Origin: an uncultured Gammaproteobacteria bacterium
GTDB taxonomy: Bacteria; Pseudomonadota; Gammaproteobacteria; Ga0077536
Assembly (NCBI GenBank): GCA_963976285.1
Contig: CAXBJY010000012.1
Span: forward strand, 23,830-87,829
Reading direction: 5' to 3'
Length of the DNA stretch: 64,000 nt
The notes beneath the pieces are model-generated. The model was not told the origin of the DNA. It saw nothing but the letters and a program-made list of their open reading frames with translations, and made no database searches. Shown one piece after another: positions 20,840 to 29,657 of this stretch (positions are counted from its first letter, which is position 1; each line of letters begins with the position of its first letter). The translations under genes were made by a program, and so were the position numbers.

Positions 20840-21654
20840 GCGGGATCAACCTGAAACTGATGCAGGCGGGCGGATTCGACATCGACGCGAGCGAACTGTT
20901 GCCGGAAACCTTGCGTGACCGCAAGGTCGAGGAGATCAGGTCGATGCGACTCGCGCAGGGACGGCGCCAGGTGGCACTCGGCGATCTGTTCGACGTCGCG
21001 TCCCGCGACGACGATGTGCTCGGTATCGAAGCCGCAACCCCGCGCCTGCGCCACCTCGGCCGCAATATGTCGGGCGGACGTTTGCACATCAGCGGCACGG
21101 CGGGCGATGGCCTTGGTGCCGGCATGCGCGCGGGTACGATCACCGTCGACGGCGACGCCGGCGACTTTGTCGGCAGCGGCATGCGCAATGGCTTGATCGA
21201 GATCAGCGGCGACGCCGGCGATTTCCTCGGCGGTGCGCTGCCGAACGAGTCGCTCGGCTTGCGCAACGGCGTCGTCCGCGTTGGCGGCAGCGTCGGCGCA
21301 CGGGCCGGTGAACGCATGCGCCGCGGCCTGCTGATCGTCAATGGCGATGCCGGCGCGTGCTGCGGCTCCGGCATGATCGCCGGAACAATCGTCGTCACCG
21401 GACACTGTGCCGACGGGATCGGCCTCGGCATGCGCCGCGGCACGATTTTGCTCACACACGCGCCGGCCTCGATCCCCGTGACGTTCAATCCCTGCGGTAC
21501 CTACGCGCTCGCGGTGATCGAACTGCTGCGCCGATACGTAGCAACCTTTGATCAACGCGTGGCGCGGAGAATCGGCCGCGGCGCGCACGTTCAACGTTAC
21601 GCCGGCGACCGTGGCGCGAACGGTCAGGGCGAACTGCTCATCACCGCGCCCTGA
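20836..21654 (+). CDS. fhcC: Fhc subunit C (FwdC-like beta-helix)
   Basis: Repeated GxxG/MRxG beta-helix units (GAGMRAG, GSGMRNG, GERMRRG, GSGMIAG, GLGMRRG); GTGA overlap with fhcD. Confidence 0.93.
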   Translation: MSGINLKLMQAGGFDIDASELLPETLRDRKVEEIRSMRLAQGRRQVALGDLFDVASRDDDVLGIEAATPRLRHLGRNMSGGRLHISGTAGDGLGAGMRAGTITVDGDAGDFVGSGMRNGLIEISGDAGDFLGGALPNESLGLRNGVVRVGGSVGARAGERMRRGLLIVNGDAGACCGSGMIAGTIVVTGHCADGIGLGMRRGTILLTHAPASIPVTFNPCGTYALAVIELLRRYVATFDQRVARRIGRGAHVQRYAGDRGANGQGELLITAP

Positions 21655-21678
21655 GTCGATGCACATGAGACGACACCA

Positions 21679-23334
21679 GTGAACAAACGCGTAAAAGGCC
21701 AGCAACGCGGCCGTCGGGTAGAACCGGCCGCCATCGAGGAAGTGCGCGCACTGACGGGTCCCGGAACCCTGCGTCGTGATCTGCTGATCGAGTATCTGCA
21801 CCTGATCCAGGACGCCTACGGGTGTATCAGCAGCGCGCATTGCGTCGCGCTCGCGAACGAGATGCGGCTGTCGACGACGGAAGTCTATGAAGTCGCAACG
21901 TTCTATCACCACTTCGACGTCCCGCGGGACGGCGAGGCACCACCGCCGGAACTCACCGTGCGCGTGTGCGAATCGGTGACCTGTGCGATGTACGGTGCCG
22001 CCGGCTTGATCGAGGAACTGCGTGAACAATGTGGCGCTGACGTGCGCATCCAGCCCGTCCCCTGTGTCGGTCGCTGCGCGACCGCGCCGGTTGCGGTAGT
22101 CGGCAACAACCCGATCGAACACGCGTGCGCGGCAGATGTCATGACGGCCGTGCAACAACGCGCCACCGAGCCCGCGTCCGTGGATCACGCGGACTACGCG
22201 GCGTACCGCGCGCACGGCGGCTACACGCTGCTCGCTGCCTGCCACGCGGGCCAACACACACGCGACGACATCGTTCAGGCGATGCAGGACTCGAAGCTGC
22301 GCGGGCTCGGTGGGGCGGGATTTCCGGCCGGCCAGAAATGGTCCATCCTGCGTGAACAGGCGGCGCCGCGCCTCGTGGCGGTGAATATCGATGAGGGCGA
22401 ACCCGGTACGTTCAAGGATCGCTATTACCTCGAACGCGATCCGCACCGGTTTATCGAAGGCATGCTGATCGCGGCCTGGGCCATCGAAGCACAAGCGTGT
22501 TATGTCTACATTCGTGACGAATATACCGGCTGCCGGCGCATCCTCGAGGCCGAACTCGCGGCGCTGCGCGCGGACCCGCCCGTAAACCTGCCGCGGATCG
22601 AATTGCGCCGCGGCGCCGGTGCCTACATCTGCGGTGAGGAGTCGGCGATGATCGAATCCATCGAGGGCAAGCGCGGACTGCCGCGCCTGCGGCCGCCGTA
22701 CGTCGCCCAGGTCGGCCTGTTCGGGCGGCCCACGCTCGAGCACAACCTCGAAACACTGCACTGGGTTCGCGACATCATCGAACAGGGCCCGCCCGCGTTT
22801 GCCGCGCACGGGCGCCGTGGACGAACGGGATTACGCTCGTTCTCCGTCAGCGGACGGGTCAAAAAGCCCGGCGTCCATGTCGCGCCGGCGGGCATCTCTG
22901 TAACCGAACTGATCGACGAATATTGTGGCGGCATGACGGATGGTCATGCGTTTTATGCTTATTTTCCCGGCGGCGCGTCCGGCGGGATCCTGCCGGCCTC
23001 GCTCGGTGACGAGCCGCTGGATTTCGATACGCTGCAGGAGCACGGCTGTTTTATCGGCTCCGCCGCCGTCATCGTGCTGTCCGATCAGGACAGTGCGCGC
23101 GACGCAGCACTGAATGCGATGCGCTTTTTCGAACACGAATCGTGCGGTCAATGCACCCCCTGCCGCGTCGGCACGGCTAAAGCCGCGGCCCTGATGCAGG
23201 CCGAGCACTGGGACACGCCGTTGCTCGAAGAGCTTGCCCGGGCGATGGAAGATGCATCGATTTGCGGACTCGGCCAGGCGGCGCCGAACCCGCTACGCTG
23301 TGCGCTGCGGTATTTCCCGCAGGAATTCGTCTAG
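21679..23334 (+). CDS. fdh1B: NAD-dependent formate dehydrogenase beta (diaphorase) subunit, NuoE+NuoF-like (Fdh1B-type)
   Basis: [2Fe-2S] VCESVTC...CVGRC; FMN/NADH motifs GLGGAGFP, NIDEGEPGT, YICGEE; [4Fe-4S] CGQCTPCRVG...SICGLG. Confidence 0.88.
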   Translation: MNKRVKGQQRGRRVEPAAIEEVRALTGPGTLRRDLLIEYLHLIQDAYGCISSAHCVALANEMRLSTTEVYEVATFYHHFDVPRDGEAPPPELTVRVCESVTCAMYGAAGLIEELREQCGADVRIQPVPCVGRCATAPVAVVGNNPIEHACAADVMTAVQQRATEPASVDHADYAAYRAHGGYTLLAACHAGQHTRDDIVQAMQDSKLRGLGGAGFPAGQKWSILREQAAPRLVAVNIDEGEPGTFKDRYYLERDPHRFIEGMLIAAWAIEAQACYVYIRDEYTGCRRILEAELAALRADPPVNLPRIELRRGAGAYICGEESAMIESIEGKRGLPRLRPPYVAQVGLFGRPTLEHNLETLHWVRDIIEQGPPAFAAHGRRGRTGLRSFSVSGRVKKPGVHVAPAGISVTELIDEYCGGMTDGHAFYAYFPGGASGGILPASLGDEPLDFDTLQEHGCFIGSAAVIVLSDQDSARDAALNAMRFFEHESCGQCTPCRVGTAKAAALMQAEHWDTPLLEELARAMEDASICGLGQAAPNPLRCALRYFPQEFV

Positions 23335-23339
23335 CGGCA

Positions 23340-26090
23340 ATGGACGGAAAAATGGAAACGATCACGTTTACGCTGGACGGCAAGACAGTCGAGGCCCTCC
23401 CGGGCGAAACGATTTTGCAGGCGGCAAGCCGAACCGGCACGGACATCCCGCACCTGTGCTACAAGGATGGCTACCGTGCCGACGGAAACTGCCGCGCCTG
23501 CGTCGTGGAGATCGACGGCGAACGCACACTCGCGCCCTCGTGCTGCCGTACACCGCGCGACGGTATGTCCGTAGCCTCGGGCAGCGAACGTGCACGGCAT
23601 TCACAGCGGATCGTGCTCGAGCTGCTGAAAGCCGATATGCCGCGCGGCGACCGCTCACCGTATACGCCGCGTTCCGAATTCGACCACTGGGCGGAATTTC
23701 TCGGCGTCGGCGAAGCGCGCTTTCCGGCGCGGGCGCAGCCAGACGCGGACCTGTCGAATCCGGCGATCGCGGTCAATCTCGACGCGTGTATCCAGTGTAC
23801 GCGCTGCGTGCGTGCGTGCCGCGAAGAGCAGGTAAACGATGTCATCGGCTACGCCTATCGCGGCGCACACGCGAAGATTGTGTTCGATCTCGACGATTCG
23901 ATGGGCGACAGCACCTGTGTCAGTTGCGGTGAATGCGCGCAGGCGTGCCCGACCGGTGCGCTGATGCCGGCGGCGGATGCCGGCAACACGGTGGCCGACC
24001 GGATCGTCGAATCGGCGTGCCCGTACTGCGGCGTCGGCTGTTTGCTGAACTACCACGTGAAGGACGACCGGATCCAGTTCGTCGAAGGCCGCGATGGACC
24101 TGCGAACCACAGCCGCCTGTGCGTGAAGGGACGCTACGGATTCGATTACGTGCATAACCCGGCGCGCCTGACGAATCCGCTTATCCGTCGGGAAGGGGTC
24201 GCGAAGACGACGGCGCTGTTGTCATATGACGATATCGACGCGACATTCCGCGAGGCCACGTGGGACGAGGCGCTCGATTTCGCCGCCTCAGGCCTCGCCG
24301 CGATTCGTCGCGAATCCGGCCCGAACGCGCTCGCGGGTTTTGGCTCGGCCAAGGGCTCGAATGAAGAAGCCTACCTGTTCCAGAAACTCGTCCGTGCCGG
24401 CTTCGGCACGAACAATGTCGATCACTGTACCCGCCTGTGTCACGCGTCCTCCGTCGCGGCGATGCTCGAGACGATCGGTTCAGGGTCGGTGTCGAACCAG
24501 GTAGCCGACGTCGCCGAGGCCGAGGTGATCATGATCATCGGCGCGAAACCCACGGTGAATCACCCGGTCGCCGCGACGTTCATGAAGAACGCGGCGAAGA
24601 ACGGCAAAATCCTGATCCTGCTTGATCCCTATCGCTCCGATCTCGCGCGACACGCGGATTATTACCTGCAGTTCCGCGCCGACACGGACGTGCCGTTGCT
24701 GAACGGCATCATGCACGCGATTATCGAGCAGGGCCTGCACAACGAAGCATACATCGAGCAATACACGGAAGGTTTCGCGGCCCTGCGCGAAGCCGTGCGC
24801 GACTACTCGCCGGAAAGGGTCGCGCCGATTTGCGGCATTCCGGCCGAGACCTTGCGCGAAGTCGCGCGCGTGTACGCGACGTCGCGCGGTTCGATGATTT
24901 TCTGGGGTATGGGCATCTCCCAGCACATCCATGGCACGGACAATGCGCGTTGCCTGATTTCGCTCGCGCTACTCACCGGACAGATCGGGCGACCCGGGAC
25001 CGGACTGCATCCCCTGCGTGGACAAAACAACGTTCAGGGAGCCTCCGACGTCGGGCTCATCCCGATGGTATTCCCCGATTATCAGGCGGTGAGCGACGAC
25101 GCGGCGCGCGGCCGCTTCGAGACCCTGTGGAACACGCCGCTCGATCCCGAGCCCGGACTCACGGTCGTCGAAATCATGGGCGCGGTGCATGCCGGCAAAC
25201 TGCACGGTATGTACATCATGGGTGAAAACCCGGCGATGTCGGATCCGAATCTGAATCACGCGCGTGCCGCACTGGCGAAACTGAAACACCTCGTCGTGCA
25301 GGATATCTTCATGACCGAAACCGCCGGGTTCGCCGATGTGATCCTGCCCGCTTCCGCGTTCCCCGAAAAAACCGGGACGTTTACGAATACGGATCGGCGA
25401 GTCCAGCTAGGACGCAAAGCGATCCCCTGCCCCGGCGACGCGCGGGAAGATTTGTGGATTATCGAGCAGATGGCCAAACGCCTCGGCCTCGACTGGCATT
25501 ACAGCGACGTCGCGGACGTTTTCGATGAAATGCGGCAGGCCGTGCCGAGCATCGCCGGGATCACCTGGGAGCGTCTGCAAAGCGAGCATTCCGTTACCTA
25601 CCCGTGTAAGAACGTCGGCGACCCGGGCCAGGAGATCCTGTTCGAGAACGGCTTCCCGACCCCGAGTGGTCGCGGGAAATTCGTCGCGGCAGCGTACACG
25701 CATGCGGCGGAACTGCCGGATGACGAGTATCGTTTTATCCTGATGACGGGTCGCCAGCTGGAGCACTGGCACACCGGCAGTATGACGCGCCACGCGAGTG
25801 TGCTCGATGCCATTGAACCGGAACCCGTCGTCAGCCTCCACCCGGACGATATGCGCGCGTTGAAAATCGACGACGGCGAGTTCGTCCGCGTCGAATCGCG
25901 CCGTGGGGAACTCGTCGCTCGCGTGCGCATGGACGCCGGGCTGCAGACCGGATCGGTGTTCATGGCGTTTTGCTATGCGGAAGCCGCCGTTAATGTGCTG
26001 ACCGTCGATGATCTCGATCCGCACGGAAAAATTCCGGAGTTCAAATTCTGCGCGGTGAAAGTCTCCGCCGCGACGGCGACGATCGCATAA
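23340..26090 (+). CDS. fdh1A: Formate dehydrogenase alpha subunit (Mo/W-bis-MGD, Cys ligand; Fdh1A-type)
   Basis: N-terminal NuoG-like Fe-S domain (GNCRAC, CIQCTRCVRAC, CVSCGECAQAC), CPYCGVGC, DHCTRLCHASS, LRGQNNVQG, PEFKFCAV; start 23340 or 23352. Confidence 0.92.
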   Translation: MDGKMETITFTLDGKTVEALPGETILQAASRTGTDIPHLCYKDGYRADGNCRACVVEIDGERTLAPSCCRTPRDGMSVASGSERARHSQRIVLELLKADMPRGDRSPYTPRSEFDHWAEFLGVGEARFPARAQPDADLSNPAIAVNLDACIQCTRCVRACREEQVNDVIGYAYRGAHAKIVFDLDDSMGDSTCVSCGECAQACPTGALMPAADAGNTVADRIVESACPYCGVGCLLNYHVKDDRIQFVEGRDGPANHSRLCVKGRYGFDYVHNPARLTNPLIRREGVAKTTALLSYDDIDATFREATWDEALDFAASGLAAIRRESGPNALAGFGSAKGSNEEAYLFQKLVRAGFGTNNVDHCTRLCHASSVAAMLETIGSGSVSNQVADVAEAEVIMIIGAKPTVNHPVAATFMKNAAKNGKILILLDPYRSDLARHADYYLQFRADTDVPLLNGIMHAIIEQGLHNEAYIEQYTEGFAALREAVRDYSPERVAPICGIPAETLREVARVYATSRGSMIFWGMGISQHIHGTDNARCLISLALLTGQIGRPGTGLHPLRGQNNVQGASDVGLIPMVFPDYQAVSDDAARGRFETLWNTPLDPEPGLTVVEIMGAVHAGKLHGMYIMGENPAMSDPNLNHARAALAKLKHLVVQDIFMTETAGFADVILPASAFPEKTGTFTNTDRRVQLGRKAIPCPGDAREDLWIIEQMAKRLGLDWHYSDVADVFDEMRQAVPSIAGITWERLQSEHSVTYPCKNVGDPGQEILFENGFPTPSGRGKFVAAAYTHAAELPDDEYRFILMTGRQLEHWHTGSMTRHASVLDAIEPEPVVSLHPDDMRALKIDDGEFVRVESRRGELVARVRMDAGLQTGSVFMAFCYAEAAVNVLTVDDLDPHGKIPEFKFCAVKVSAATATIA

Positions 26091-26492
26091 CCGGCTTCAT
26101 CCGACAGCGCGCCAGCCGGGACGCAGCGGTTATTCACGCTGACGTGGCCGCTCGAGAAGGTAGAAGTCATGCGCGCGGGCTGACGGCCCTGGCGACTGGA
26201 GTATCGTCGCGCCGAAACCGCTGCCCGGGTCTGGCGGACGTGAATCCGATGCGGCTTACCGCGGATCGCATCATCGATCCCGCTCCGGGGCGTCAGGTTT
26301 GTCCGGTAGCGGCTCCAACCGGGTTTATCATGCGTTTTTTGCCGCGACGGGAACCGTCGATACGGCGCATCGGCGACGACAGCCCCGGAACCTGACCGGA
26401 GCGCGAACGGCAGGCGCCGCAACGCGAAAATACCGGACGGTCGTCGGATCCCGGTTGCGCGATCGCCGACGACGCGCGCGCCGGCGAAAGCG

Positions 26493-27233
26493 TTATTTCG
26501 TCAGCGCGGCGCTGTGAGCCGCGGTGCCCGGTTCAACGCTGACGAGTTGCAGGAATTCGCGAATCAGCGGCAAATCATCGGGCCCGGACCCGGGGATCAC
26601 CGTCTCGATACTGTAAATGTAGCCGGGAATTTTATCCGACACGACAATGCGGTAGGACTTGTCCGCGAATTCCTCGAACAGGGCCCGCTTCGGATCATTT
26701 GCGTAGGGGCTGAAAGAGACCCGGACCGCTGGCAGCGCTTCGCCGTTAAAGTTGACCGTAACATTCTCGACACTCGCGGCATCGGCCATCGCGAACTTGA
26801 TGCGACGCTGAAAATAACGCCAGCGTTCGCGCGATTTTCCGTCCGGATCGGTCAGGCGATTCATCTCGTAGACATCGCCCTGCAGGTAGATTTTCAGGAT
26901 CGGGTTGACGTTCGTGCTTTCAACCGGCGGTACTTCGAACCGACGCTCACCGGTGAAAAAATCGACTGACGCCGCCTTCGTGCCGTCGTCCTTGACCGCG
27001 CGAATCGTAAACGTGACCTTATCCGAAAACCCCGGTTCGAACGTTCCGGTGCGCTCGAATGCATAATTCAGCTGCAGCGGTTGCTCGATCATCTTCAGTT
27101 GATCGGTCATCCAGAGCAGCGTTTCCGCCTGGGAAAACTCGGCTTCCCCGGCCACGGCCGTGAGTACGAACAGTTGCAGCAACGCGGCCGCCATGACGCA
27201 CCGCACACCTGTTCTGAACCTGTTAATCGTCAT
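26493..27233 (-). CDS. Secreted hypothetical protein (about 246 aa), last gene of the paz-xoxJ unit
   Basis: Signal peptide MTINRFRTGVRCVMAAALLQLFVLTAVA; start overlaps the xoxJ stop by 11 bp; globular composition. Confidence 0.7.
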   Translation of the reverse strand: MTINRFRTGVRCVMAAALLQLFVLTAVAGEAEFSQAETLLWMTDQLKMIEQPLQLNYAFERTGTFEPGFSDKVTFTIRAVKDDGTKAASVDFFTGERRFEVPPVESTNVNPILKIYLQGDVYEMNRLTDPDGKSRERWRYFQRRIKFAMADAASVENVTVNFNGEALPAVRVSFSPYANDPKRALFEEFADKSYRIVVSDKIPGYIYSIETVIPGSGPDDLPLIREFLQLVSVEPGTAAHSAALTK

Positions 27234-28089
27234 CGTCGTCCACCTTTTTCGTGTACACGAGCTCGAGGCGCGGTATTCCGTAGTCGTCGAGAATTGCATT
27301 GATCTCGTCCTGATTTTCCTCGATCAATTTATCGATCGTCGCTTTCCATTTCGGTTCGCCGTAGCGTACGGCCATTGATATCTGGAAATCGAACAGCACG
27401 CGCAGTTCATTGCGCATGGGGATGACGACGATTTCATGATCCTTGATGCCTTTCGCGTAATAACCCGCAATCGGGCCCCACACGAGCGTCAGGTTGATCT
27501 TGTCCTCGACGAGATCTTCCTCGATGATCTTCCCCGGATTTCGTTCCGTATCCCCGGACATGATCTGATAAGGCGTGGATTGCTCCATCAGGCCGCGATG
27601 ATAGAACCATTCCGGGGCCGGCCCCTTGTCCCAGACGCCGATCCTCAGTTTTGCTTTCTGCTCGGGCGGCAGATTCTTCAGATCGTCCTGCGACTTGATG
27701 AAATCGAGCCCGCGTCCCTTCACGTAGACGAGTGCCCACGCTGAATGCAGATACGGGCGGGTAGTCGCGGCGAGTTCGAAGTTTTCGATGACCCCCATTA
27801 CGAGATCGCATTTGTACTGACCATCCTCGGTGTTGTCATCCCGCAGCGTGTTGCGAATGAAGCCGATACGTTGCGGAAACCACACATATTCGAGCGGTAC
27901 GCCGAGTTTCTCCGCAAACAGTTCCGCGATCTTGTTCTCGTAACCCGCCCCGGCCCGGTCCGACATCGGCAGATTCGCCGGTGGCGCGCAGACTTTCAGG
28001 GAGCCGCGATCGAGCGGGTCGGCGTGAACCGGCGCCGCCAGCATCAGCGCTGCGAATAGTGCAATACCAATCCGATAAGTCATGTTCAT
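27223..28089 (-). CDS. xoxJ: XoxJ/MxaJ periplasmic substrate-binding-protein-like MDH accessory
   Basis: Signal peptide, LKVCAPPANLPMS, GYENKIAELFA, GFIRNTL, CDLVMGV, WGPIAGY, ISMAVRYGE; next to xoxF. Confidence 0.88.
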   Translation of the reverse strand: MNMTYRIGIALFAALMLAAPVHADPLDRGSLKVCAPPANLPMSDRAGAGYENKIAELFAEKLGVPLEYVWFPQRIGFIRNTLRDDNTEDGQYKCDLVMGVIENFELAATTRPYLHSAWALVYVKGRGLDFIKSQDDLKNLPPEQKAKLRIGVWDKGPAPEWFYHRGLMEQSTPYQIMSGDTERNPGKIIEEDLVEDKINLTLVWGPIAGYYAKGIKDHEIVVIPMRNELRVLFDFQISMAVRYGEPKWKATIDKLIEENQDEINAILDDYGIPRLELVYTKKVDDDDD

Positions 28090-28200
28090 GATTATACGAT
28101 GCTACGCGGTTTTGAAGGTGAGCGGGTGATGCGGGGCCTGGGGAGAGAGGTTTCCGAAGCAGGGCGGGCGCCCTGTCGATGGCGCCCGCATGCTTTCGGC

Positions 28201-28659
28201 CTAGCCCTCGGCGCGCTTGGCAAGCGCCTTTTTCATCTTTCTGATCGTCCGGTTGACCATGTTGCGTCCGACCGAAACACCCGGCAGCGACGCTTCAATC
28301 GATTCGAGGTTTGCCGGGTCGCCGTCCCCGACGATGATGGCGCCGACCATGCCGGTCGAGATGTGCGGGGTGCACTTGTAGATGTAAGCGCCCTCCTTCT
28401 CCACCGTTATCGTGAACGCCTCTTCACCCAGCTTCGAATGCCAGCCTTCGGCGCCTTCCGGAATCATCCCCTCGAGCGATGCCGTGTCGTGCCCGGCCAT
28501 GTTCGTAAACGTTACCGTATCGCCAGGTTGCGCGAACAACACGAGTGGTTGCCATTGCGTAATTACACCTTTCACTTTCAGTTGCTCGGCGTTCGCACCT
28601 TGCGCGACGACAGCCGCGAAAATCAGCCCGGCGAAATAGGTCATAGTTCCGAATCGCAT
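28201..28659 (-). CDS. Periplasmic pseudoazurin (type-1 blue copper protein)
   Basis: Signal peptide ending ANA; GH...MIPEGAE...KCTPHISTGMVGAI gives the His, Cys, His, Met ligand set; GGAG RBS. Confidence 0.9.
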   Translation of the reverse strand: MRFGTMTYFAGLIFAAVVAQGANAEQLKVKGVITQWQPLVLFAQPGDTVTFTNMAGHDTASLEGMIPEGAEGWHSKLGEEAFTITVEKEGAYIYKCTPHISTGMVGAIIVGDGDPANLESIEASLPGVSVGRNMVNRTIRKMKKALAKRAEG

Positions 28660-28801
28660 CTAACATTCTCCAACAGTTGTACAAAATTTCCGGCGCGAGC
28701 GGCGCACATCGTTGATACGTACCGCGCACGTATTCCGGGTCACCGTGCTGTAACGATAGAGTCGTTTCGATGAATGAACCCTGAACGCATGAGCGGTCGT
28801 T

Positions 28802-28829
28802 TTTATACCAGACCCCAAAATTCAGTCAA
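28802..28829 (-). promoter_or_regulatory. Putative sigma70 promoter for pseudoazurin-xoxJ-hypothetical
   Basis: Minus strand TTGACT (28829-28824), 16-bp spacer, TATAAA (28807-28802), about 140 bp upstream of the paz start. Confidence 0.55.
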
Positions 28830-28877
28830 GAAGGTCAATGACTTAAGTACTTGCGCGCGCATGCGCAGCGGTCCCGT

Positions 28878-29549
28878 TCAGGCGCCGTCGTGACTCTCCA
28901 GCGCCTGCTTCAGTTTGCGAATCGCGCGGCCAATCATGCCCTTGTTTTGCGGGTGCGCCTCGATCGCATCGAGGTTTGCGTACGGCGGGTCGCCGACCGC
29001 AATCGCGCCGATCATTCCGAGGCTCACATGCGGGTTGCACTTGTACATGTAGATTCCCGGGACATCCGGCGACACCGCGAATCCTTCCTGGCCAAGCTTC
29101 GATTTCCAGGTCGCGGCGCCCTCGGGGATCATGCCTTCGATGGTTTCGCTGTCGTGACCGGCCATCTGGCGAAATACGATCTGGTCACCGGGTTTGACGA
29201 ATAACACGAGTGGCGCCCATTGCGTCACGACGCCTTTAACGATGTGCTGGGTGGGCGCTGCCGCCGGCATCGGATCGGCGGTATCCGGCGCCGGCTCCGC
29301 GCGCACCGGTTCCGATGCGGCGTCCGGTACTGGCGCCGGTTCCGCATTCGGCGCAGTTGTCACCGCCGGCGCGGGACTCTGCGGCATCGCGTGCATGCCA
29401 CTGTCGTCCTCGCTCGTCACCGCTTGAGGCATCCCGGCCGATGGCTTCGGATCAGCGCTGCCGGGAGCGTCATCGTTCGAGCAGGCGGTCAGCGCGAACG
29501 CTACGATCAGTGCGGACACGAAGGCAGAATTCGGGACTCTGATTTTCAT
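28878..29549 (-). CDS. Lipoprotein pseudoazurin with Pro/Ala-rich N-terminal tether
   Basis: Lipobox LTA|C, about 75-aa low-complexity linker, then GH...MIPEGA...KCNPHVSLGMIGAI copper domain. Confidence 0.88.
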   Translation of the reverse strand: MKIRVPNSAFVSALIVAFALTACSNDDAPGSADPKPSAGMPQAVTSEDDSGMHAMPQSPAPAVTTAPNAEPAPVPDAASEPVRAEPAPDTADPMPAAAPTQHIVKGVVTQWAPLVLFVKPGDQIVFRQMAGHDSETIEGMIPEGAATWKSKLGQEGFAVSPDVPGIYMYKCNPHVSLGMIGAIAVGDPPYANLDAIEAHPQNKGMIGRAIRKLKQALESHDGA

Positions 29550-29590
29550 AGCAAAGGATTTCTCAGTTTTCTGTCGCCATGCGACGCAGG

Positions 29591-29627
29591 AAAAAAAAAC
29601 CCGGCGCCTCTCGCGAAGCGCCGGGTT
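29591..29627 (-). terminator. Rho-independent terminator after xoxF
   Basis: AACCCGGCGC/GCGCCGGGTT stem with an A9 run (U-tail on the minus strand), 30 bp after the xoxF stop. Confidence 0.85.
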
Positions 29628-29657
29628 GATCACAGAATTACAAGAGTAATTCTACGC

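Noticed and set aside
16985-21654. Methanogen-type formylmethanofuran dehydrogenase (Fwd/Fmd)
   Set aside because: Subunit B lacks the catalytic Cys/Sec, there is no fwdD/F/G, and the BADC order with Ftr is the bacterial Fhc arrangement.
24418-24445. Possible selenocysteine formate dehydrogenase
   Set aside because: The active-site codon in DHCTRLCH is TGT (Cys), and there is no in-frame TGA.
26167-26274. Small ORF as the pqqA precursor (SRIGF resembles PqqA RIGF)
   Set aside because: It lacks the essential E-x-x-x-Y motif, and no pqqB-E genes are nearby.
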